A stretch of 64,000 nt of DNA from a virus (lineage: Duplodnaviria > Heunggongvirae > Uroviricota > Caudoviricetes): positions 64,001-128,000 of the IMG/VR virus record IMGVR_UViG_3300044557_000292. One strand, 5' to 3'. The notes under the pieces are model-generated. The model was not told the origin of the DNA, made no database searches, and saw only the letters and a program-made list of their open reading frames with translations. A program made the translations under genes and the position numbers. This document shows positions 57,964 through 64,000 of the stretch, one piece after another; position 1 is the stretch's first letter; every line of letters begins with the position of its first letter.

Positions 57964-59739
57964 TTAGTCTTGCTTAGAGAAGAGGCCGTTGAATAATCCC
58001 ATGATCTCATTCTTGTGCTTGAGCAGTGGCTCGTAATCAAACTTGTGATCGTACTCGTCTGTAGTAGCGGTGAACGATGAGTCAGAAGCAATGCCATCAT
58101 CTTGATTCCTCCAATGCATCCATAGCTCACCCGCCCTGGCAAAGATCTCGGTTGGCGCGATGTAATTATCGATGTTAGTGCCAACGGCCTGCGTCCTGTC
58201 AATGCTTGCCTGGTAGTCTTTTATGATTGATCTGAACTCTGGCCTCATGGACAGTTGACGGCCACCGGAGTCCTGCGTGAAGTCCAAGTGATGCATGTAC
58301 TCGTGGGTGAATGCGCTTGGTGATCTTGGATCAACCGCTATGTTCACGAACCTCGGGGTGTAGACTCCGAGCGCATGATGTCTTCCGGTCTTCCTGAACC
58401 GGAAGTTGGCCCGCACCCTGGCCTTGGGTAGGCGAGACCTGTACGCATCATACTCCCCGGATATCCTTCTCAGCTTGTCAAGATCAACGGAATCGTCTAT
58501 CTCAATGTGGGCGAAGTCCTTACTGAACACGCTAGCGCCTGCTGCTCTCAAATGATCATCATCAATGTTCTTCTTGTCCTCAAACACGGTAGCACTGTGC
58601 TGAGCATTAATCCTCATAGAGTATGCTCGGTTAAGCTCACCGTTCCTCTCATCGTCAAGCGTATCAGATAGATAGCTCATCACATGCTCATTAGCATTGG
58701 TCATCGCGTAGGGAAGCATCTTCCTTTCCCTATCAATCTCAAATAAATCAAAGTCTTCCCTATTCTTCAAATCATACCAATTACCAAGCATTCTCTTGTG
58801 AGCGTTATCATACTCTCTTCTGATCTCACTGAAAGCCCTGTTCTCATAGTCCGGTAGTGCGGATTCTCCCTGGCTTGACAGGAACTTGTTCAGCTCTTTT
58901 GGACCCCTCATGTCATCTGTTATACTCTTATTGACGATTGTCCGTTTACTCCTGTTAAGGATACTGCCTACAATCTCGTACTTGAATCTTCTCCGATCCT
59001 CATCGTCATCAATAACATGGAATGGAATCGTGTTGATAGCCTGACTGGTAGCAATCATAGACCCAAGATTCACCATGTGAACCTTAATGCCAGATCTACG
59101 GTACTGCGCGTAAGCCTTCAACCATTTGCCTGGAGTCTTCCTCGTAACGATATACCATTCACCATCTTCGTCTTTATAGACATGCGGATCTGACTTGGGA
59201 TTCTTGTTCATATCCATCAGCGTCCAGTGAACACTCTGGGGGACATCACCGTCATTTTTGGTCACATGCTTTCCGTAGAGATTGGAAAGAGCAATGGTAG
59301 AATCACCATCAACATCTCCATCATAATTGTTCTCAATGTACTTCCCCAGCTTTGATAGACCAGAGACGACCGTATCATCTGATTTAAGCTCGGGGACTTT
59401 GCCCGTACGATCGTCTTTAAGAGGCACGTTGTCCGTAAGGAGCGTCGTGATGCGTTCAGTATTGACAGCACTTTCCCGGCGTGGGTCATCTTCAGTACTG
59501 TCGTTATCTCGTGGAGAATCGTTCCCAGTATGATTCTTCTTTCTTAGCTTATGACCGTTATCTTGGAGAGCCCCCAGGGCATCATCCTTAGATTTCCTCT
59601 CGTTGAATGCTTCCATAGCGCTTTCATCGTACTGGACGTGTGATTCCGGCGCGTGGAATCTACAGTGCGATGGATCTTTAGCCCTGCATCTGCTCATGTA
59701 CCCAGTCTTTGTAGACAATCCCATCCAAGCCATATCCAC
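57964..59739 (-). CDS. Polyvalent-protein-like zincin/LPD1-type protein with N-terminal Cys/His module
   Basis: CRAKDPSHCRFH N-terminus; FRFRKTGRHHALGVY, FTHEYMHHLD, PTEIFARAGE. Confidence 0.7.
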   Translation of the reverse strand: MDMAWMGLSTKTGYMSRCRAKDPSHCRFHAPESHVQYDESAMEAFNERKSKDDALGALQDNGHKLRKKNHTGNDSPRDNDSTEDDPRRESAVNTERITTLLTDNVPLKDDRTGKVPELKSDDTVVSGLSKLGKYIENNYDGDVDGDSTIALSNLYGKHVTKNDGDVPQSVHWTLMDMNKNPKSDPHVYKDEDGEWYIVTRKTPGKWLKAYAQYRRSGIKVHMVNLGSMIATSQAINTIPFHVIDDDEDRRRFKYEIVGSILNRSKRTIVNKSITDDMRGPKELNKFLSSQGESALPDYENRAFSEIRREYDNAHKRMLGNWYDLKNREDFDLFEIDRERKMLPYAMTNANEHVMSYLSDTLDDERNGELNRAYSMRINAQHSATVFEDKKNIDDDHLRAAGASVFSKDFAHIEIDDSVDLDKLRRISGEYDAYRSRLPKARVRANFRFRKTGRHHALGVYTPRFVNIAVDPRSPSAFTHEYMHHLDFTQDSGGRQLSMRPEFRSIIKDYQASIDRTQAVGTNIDNYIAPTEIFARAGELWMHWRNQDDGIASDSSFTATTDEYDHKFDYEPLLKHKNEIMGLFNGLFSKQD

Positions 59740-59855
59740 ATGCTCCTATGATTGATCTTCAACCATCATGAATCTAACCATCCGGTATCGGTGGTCATTG
59801 ATTCTATTCTTAAAGAGCGCATAGGCGGGAGTGGCGGTGAGCAGGAGCGTCATTC

Positions 59856-59942
59856 AGACGTATTCTAACGCGCCATAGACGCTCGACCCTGCTTTGTGCG
59901 TGTTTTTTATTCAATAGATCTACGGGTTGTTAGAATGCATCC
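59856..59942 (-). repeat. Dispersed ~88-bp hairpin element (inverted orientation)
   Basis: Reverse complement matches the 57391-57478 copy, including GCAGGGTCGAGCGTCTATGGCGCGTTAGAAT. Confidence 0.88.
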
Positions 59943-60026
59943 TCCGCATTCTAGTAGTTTCACTGAAACTGATGCTTGGTTATAAGCGTCCATTCAGTCT
60001 AAGAGGAATATCTGAGGTTGATTACC

Positions 60027-60995
60027 TTACAGCTTCTTAATGTTGTCCACCTGATGCTTAGCAATCCAAATGCCGAGTAGGTAGAGGGCGATAACCACGA
60101 GGAGTAGAACCCAACTCAGAAGGCTATGGAACCAGAAGCTCTTTGCTATCGGCTGAGCTAGGTACGTGTACAAGAACATTCCAGGGATGAATATCGACGC
60201 CACCCATATGGTGGGCATGATGGACGCAACAGCCTTATCAAGGTGTCTGGTTACTTCCATCCTAGCCTCAACGACCCCCTGGATGATAGCAAGCTGATCC
60301 TTAATGTCTTTACCGGACTCATCAGCCATGATGACGCAGGCGATGAAGAACCGTAGTTCTTCAATAGAGGTAGAGTTATAGAAGTCCCATAATACGGTCT
60401 TCAACTGGCCGCCTGCCTGCAGATTGTCCTCCATTGGCTTCAATTCTTCATGAAGCTCATTCGGAGTAGTCCCTATCGCCTGGATGAGAGACGCCTGGAG
60501 GGATCCACTAGCATCGTTGGCAGCTCCGAATGCGGATAGGAATTCCGGCACCTGACCAGATAAGGTCTTCTGCTTCCTCTCGGCAAGGAATCCAAGCGCG
60601 GCAGCCGCGACCACGTTAGATGCAACTACCACTAGCAATGCGCCGAAGATCGACCCCTGAAAGAGCAGGGTGAGAACTGCTAAGAGGCCAAGATCAAAAT
60701 AGATTATGATCTTACCAGCATTATTCCTATTAGCCGCCATAAAGTTGACACCGGAGTCAACCAGACGCTTCTCCCAGTACCGATCCCACTTGAGAACAAG
60801 ATTAGACTTCTTCTTTTTAACAGCGCCTGCTTCCGGCAACAACTGCTCATCAAACTGCTTCTCAAGAGCAAGCTTGTTCGAGTATCGTAACCAATACGTC
60901 TGTATGGTCGTATAGATAAGCATGATAAGCCCAACTACGGCCACGGCCACGGCTATCTCTACAAGAATGATAGCATTATTACTCACAATATTCAT
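60027..60995 (-). CDS. tadB: TadB-like type II secretion system F-family membrane protein
   Basis: TM pattern, QVPEFL...ASGSL...EEL...; directly downstream of TadA. Confidence 0.8.
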   Translation of the reverse strand: MNIVSNNAIILVEIAVAVAVVGLIMLIYTTIQTYWLRYSNKLALEKQFDEQLLPEAGAVKKKKSNLVLKWDRYWEKRLVDSGVNFMAANRNNAGKIIIYFDLGLLAVLTLLFQGSIFGALLVVVASNVVAAAALGFLAERKQKTLSGQVPEFLSAFGAANDASGSLQASLIQAIGTTPNELHEELKPMEDNLQAGGQLKTVLWDFYNSTSIEELRFFIACVIMADESGKDIKDQLAIIQGVVEARMEVTRHLDKAVASIMPTIWVASIFIPGMFLYTYLAQPIAKSFWFHSLLSWVLLLVVIALYLLGIWIAKHQVDNIKKL

Positions 60996-61030
60996 GACAG
61001 GAAGATATCAAGGGCGCGTTGATTGGATCC

Positions 61031-62641
61031 TCAGAGCTTGCTTGGGATCTTGGTGGCAACACCGTTCGGGAATCCTTCAAGCTTCACGCAGTCATCCCAC
61101 GTGAAGTCTGGGAGGAAGTTGATTCTGTGCCTGTTCGTGGTCAAGGGCGTAAGACTCCCGACCTTCTCATACTCACCAATGATCTTTCCATTGCTGGCCA
61201 CTCCAGTCTGCTTGTACTGCCATATCGGGAACGTGGCGACAGATGACTCGCCGGTAGTCTTGTTCTTACGAGCGAAGGAGTCAATCTCGCTGATGCTCAT
61301 GACCTTACGTGAGCCATCTGACAGGCGGTCAAGATACACGATGAGATCGAATGCCGATGCGATCATTGGGAGCGCAGCCGGGCCGCTTATCTCACCGCCC
61401 ATGGATATCAGGTTGGTGAGACGAACGATAGCGTCATCAGGTCCATTCGCGTGGATGGTTGAGTACACGTTATGACCAGTGTTCGCAGCGTCAACAAGAT
61501 CATATGCAGCCTGATCCCTGACCTCACCGATCACCACGATATCGGGCGCCATTCGAAGGGTCATCTTAACGTGATTACGAATACTGAATCCTCCATCACC
61601 GGCCTTATTCGGCTCACGCTTCTCACCGCCAGGAACCTTGAACGGCTTATTTGGGTTCAGCTCAAGCTCAAGGACGTCCTCTATCGTCATGATCCTAGCA
61701 TCATTCGGGAATAATCCTGAAAGAGCGTCAAGGAATGACGTCTTACCAGACCCAGTCTCACCGATGACTAGTATCGACAGTCTTGCATTCACCCACTTGG
61801 CGAGATCACACCACATGGCCTTACTGCACGTTCCCCACTTGTCAAGCTGCGTGATCGTGAAATACTCAGACGGGTGACGCCTGATTGATACAAGCGGTCC
61901 ACCTGGAACAATGTCTGTTGACGCGATGGCCACACGAGAGAGATCACGTAGACGAGCGTCGACGTACGGATTCTTCGTATCAATGTGAAGATCTGTACGA
62001 TTCGCCTGACGGAGAATACTATCACAGAATGACATCACGTGATTAGCGTCCTTGAACTTGGCGGCCCGCACGATCCTCTTCTTGCCATTCACCGATATTC
62101 GCACACGATCAGGGCCGTCGATCCATACCTCTTCCACGTTCAACTTGCCATCAGTATTATTCCATATCGGCTCAATGATACCCAGACCTAAGATCTCGTT
62201 GACTACTAGCTGGTACGCGATGCCGACGTCCAACTGTCGACCGCTCACATACATGGCAGAACCAGATGTGACTGTCGTGAAGTATTCTGACGCCATCGTC
62301 CTGATTCTGGACACTCCACGCTCATAATCCTGCTGCCCCCGCTTCGTCCCCCTATCAGCAGAAGATGCGGCCGCCATCAATTCCGTGATATTCCTATTAG
62401 ACGCCTCAGAGTAAATCCAATCCACACAGTTAAGAACAGTCTCCCAGTACGGCTTGATGAAATTCTCATCAGCTGTCATGAGAGTTTTCAGATCAATCTG
62501 CCGGATGTTATCATCATTACCTCCTGGTAATAGCTTCTTCCTGATAATGTTATGCTCGGATAAATCAATCTGCGATTCAATTCTATCGGGCTTGTCCATC
62601 CTGTTAGACAGACCCCTCTTAAAACCCCTATCAATAGCCAT
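61031..62641 (-). CDS. tadA: TadA/CpaF (VirB11-like) pilus assembly ATPase
   Basis: GLGIIEP, PYVDARL, SIRRH, GETGSGKTS, TIEDVLEL, LRMAPDIVVIGEVR, NTGH, STIHAN. Confidence 0.93.
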   Translation of the reverse strand: MAIDRGFKRGLSNRMDKPDRIESQIDLSEHNIIRKKLLPGGNDDNIRQIDLKTLMTADENFIKPYWETVLNCVDWIYSEASNRNITELMAAASSADRGTKRGQQDYERGVSRIRTMASEYFTTVTSGSAMYVSGRQLDVGIAYQLVVNEILGLGIIEPIWNNTDGKLNVEEVWIDGPDRVRISVNGKKRIVRAAKFKDANHVMSFCDSILRQANRTDLHIDTKNPYVDARLRDLSRVAIASTDIVPGGPLVSIRRHPSEYFTITQLDKWGTCSKAMWCDLAKWVNARLSILVIGETGSGKTSFLDALSGLFPNDARIMTIEDVLELELNPNKPFKVPGGEKREPNKAGDGGFSIRNHVKMTLRMAPDIVVIGEVRDQAAYDLVDAANTGHNVYSTIHANGPDDAIVRLTNLISMGGEISGPAALPMIASAFDLIVYLDRLSDGSRKVMSISEIDSFARKNKTTGESSVATFPIWQYKQTGVASNGKIIGEYEKVGSLTPLTTNRHRINFLPDFTWDDCVKLEGFPNGVATKIPSKL

Positions 62642-62700
62642 ATAATATGGATATGCGTGATCTACTCAATCCTTGGCTCTATAAGACTAGAGTATGGGGG

Positions 62701-63777
62701 CTAGTTCCCTAGGCTATCAAGCCTCTTGTACATGACGTCAGGATCGTACAGATTGAACTTACCGACATCAGAGAGATTCTCATTATCTAGGTAGAATGCC
62801 GGTATCACCTCAACCGAGTTCTTATTCGTCATGATTCTTGCCCACTGAATGAACGATCCTGCCTTAATAGAGTTCTTCGTGATCGAGCTCTCCTTGGAAT
62901 CAGTCTTCATCCCGTCATTCTTCAAAGTGTCAACAGTGTTCAGAATTGATTTCACCATGTCATCAGAATTACCGAACGTGCTGGTATCAACGTCAATAAG
63001 ATCTTTAATAGCCACCCACGTGAAGCTAGGATCATTATAGTCAATCTCACCAAGAGCCTCGGTCGCGAGCGCAGAATACTCACTACTCGTGAGTAGTAGG
63101 CATACTTCAGTTGACAGGGTTCCCTTCTTCATAGCGTATGAGAGCGTTGAGGCCTGCTCGTCAAGGAAGTTTCTTGATTTATCATCACCAAGCGAGAGCA
63201 CGACCTTGGCGTGATGTGCTGGATTACTACCAGAGCCCTTGAAGACAAAGCAGCTTGTTGATGATGATCTTCCAATATCATCATTACTAGGGAGGTTAGC
63301 GTATTTGATCGAGTACTGATTCTCATTCACGTCAAGATCATCAACAATTTTCTTATTCAACTTGCCACTCTTCCATGAGTGATCATACGTGACGATCTTG
63401 GATGTACCTATCTTATTCGCCTGAGATTCTTGTATGGCTGGTAGCACTAGTTTGAACCATGAGACCGGTCCTCCTATGGCCAGCGCGAAGGTTAGAGCAA
63501 TCACGATGAGACGCCATGACCAGAAGAATTCCTTTACCGTGATTCTGCGAGTAGATCCGGGGGCGCTTTTTCCATTCACGTCGCTTGAGACGTCTGTCCC
63601 GGCAGTTTCAGGAGAATCGGGATCATGATTTTCGTCAGCTGCACTGTTTGTGGAATCATCCCCGTCTTGTGGATCTTCAGGGCTAGAAGACCTCACAGCA
63701 TCATCCGTGTCTTCATCCATGTTCTCATCTCCATTTACAAGATCATTAGCCATCTTACCATTCTCCTTAATGGTCAC
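62701..63777 (-). CDS. Membrane-anchored protein, possible degenerate DsbA/thioredoxin fold
   Basis: Acidic N-terminus, one TM, C-terminal VEVIPAFYLDN; no CxxC. Confidence 0.55.
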   Translation of the reverse strand: MTIKENGKMANDLVNGDENMDEDTDDAVRSSSPEDPQDGDDSTNSAADENHDPDSPETAGTDVSSDVNGKSAPGSTRRITVKEFFWSWRLIVIALTFALAIGGPVSWFKLVLPAIQESQANKIGTSKIVTYDHSWKSGKLNKKIVDDLDVNENQYSIKYANLPSNDDIGRSSSTSCFVFKGSGSNPAHHAKVVLSLGDDKSRNFLDEQASTLSYAMKKGTLSTEVCLLLTSSEYSALATEALGEIDYNDPSFTWVAIKDLIDVDTSTFGNSDDMVKSILNTVDTLKNDGMKTDSKESSITKNSIKAGSFIQWARIMTNKNSVEVIPAFYLDNENLSDVGKFNLYDPDVMYKRLDSLGN

Positions 63778-64000
63778 GCTTCGTCTAGGACGGAGTCCTG
63801 CCCCTGCTTGATGAGTCTCCTCGTCTCCTCGGCAACCTTATCCCTAATGTCATCGTGCAGACGCTTGTACTCATCGCTATCAGTAAGCCACGCGTTGAAC
63901 TGCTCAGATATCGTTCCAGTCGGCTGACCGAGACGAACAATCGAATCACCCTCCTCGGGATCATCATTGCTCTTCAACGCTAATCCCCATGTGAGTGCAC
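63774..64000 (-). CDS. 3' end of a gene extending beyond the window
   Basis: Frame open to window end; 4-bp overlap with the next gene. Confidence 0.6.
   Translation of the reverse strand, partial: ALTWGLALKSNDDPEEGDSIVRLGQPTGTISEQFNAWLTDSDEYKRLHDDIRDKVAEETRRLIKQGQDSVLDEA

Noticed and set aside
41676-64000. Missing first FtsK piece (N-terminal extein + IntN1)
   Set aside because: No ORF in the window ends in an intein block A after an FtsK-like segment; presumed outside the window, unverified
1-64000. Jumbo phage or prophage interpretation
   Set aside because: No terminase, capsid, tail or lysis genes recognised; Tad/PilT-like, Replic_Relax-like and FtsK genes favour a conjugative element, though a phage-plasmid cannot be excluded from one window

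Overview
A 64-kb segment of a large mobile replicon, most likely a conjugative megaplasmid or ICE from an Actinomycetota host. The NrdD, NrdG and PyrD sequences look bifidobacterial to me, but that is an impression, not a search result. Cargo: a Replic_Relax-like protein, a PilT-like ATPase, TadA/TadB, SbcC-like and HolA-like proteins, a MoxR/VWA pair, nucleotide-metabolism genes (nrdD, nrdG, pyrD, 5'-nucleotidase, small alarmone synthetase, secreted nuclease), zeta-like and Fic proteins, two NERD nucleases and many orphans. No rRNA, tRNA, cas genes, canonical CRISPR array or phage structural genes were recognised. Main finding: an FtsK/SpoIIIE-family ATPase gene fractured into at least four ORFs, three of them in the window (40776-41639, 36859-37818, 27616-28668). 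The pieces carry three complementary split inteins, all with the class-3 W-C-T signature. One piece contributes only a 3-residue extein (CGG) that completes the Walker A loop. Opposite-strand homing-endonuclease-like genes sit at two of the breaks. Also found: nine genes sharing a ~33-aa N-terminal tag fused to unrelated bodies, solitary type I-E CRISPR-repeat-like units, a candidate ~160-nt structured sRNA, a dispersed ~88-bp hairpin element and a recurrent leaderless promoter. All family assignments come from motifs recognised by eye.
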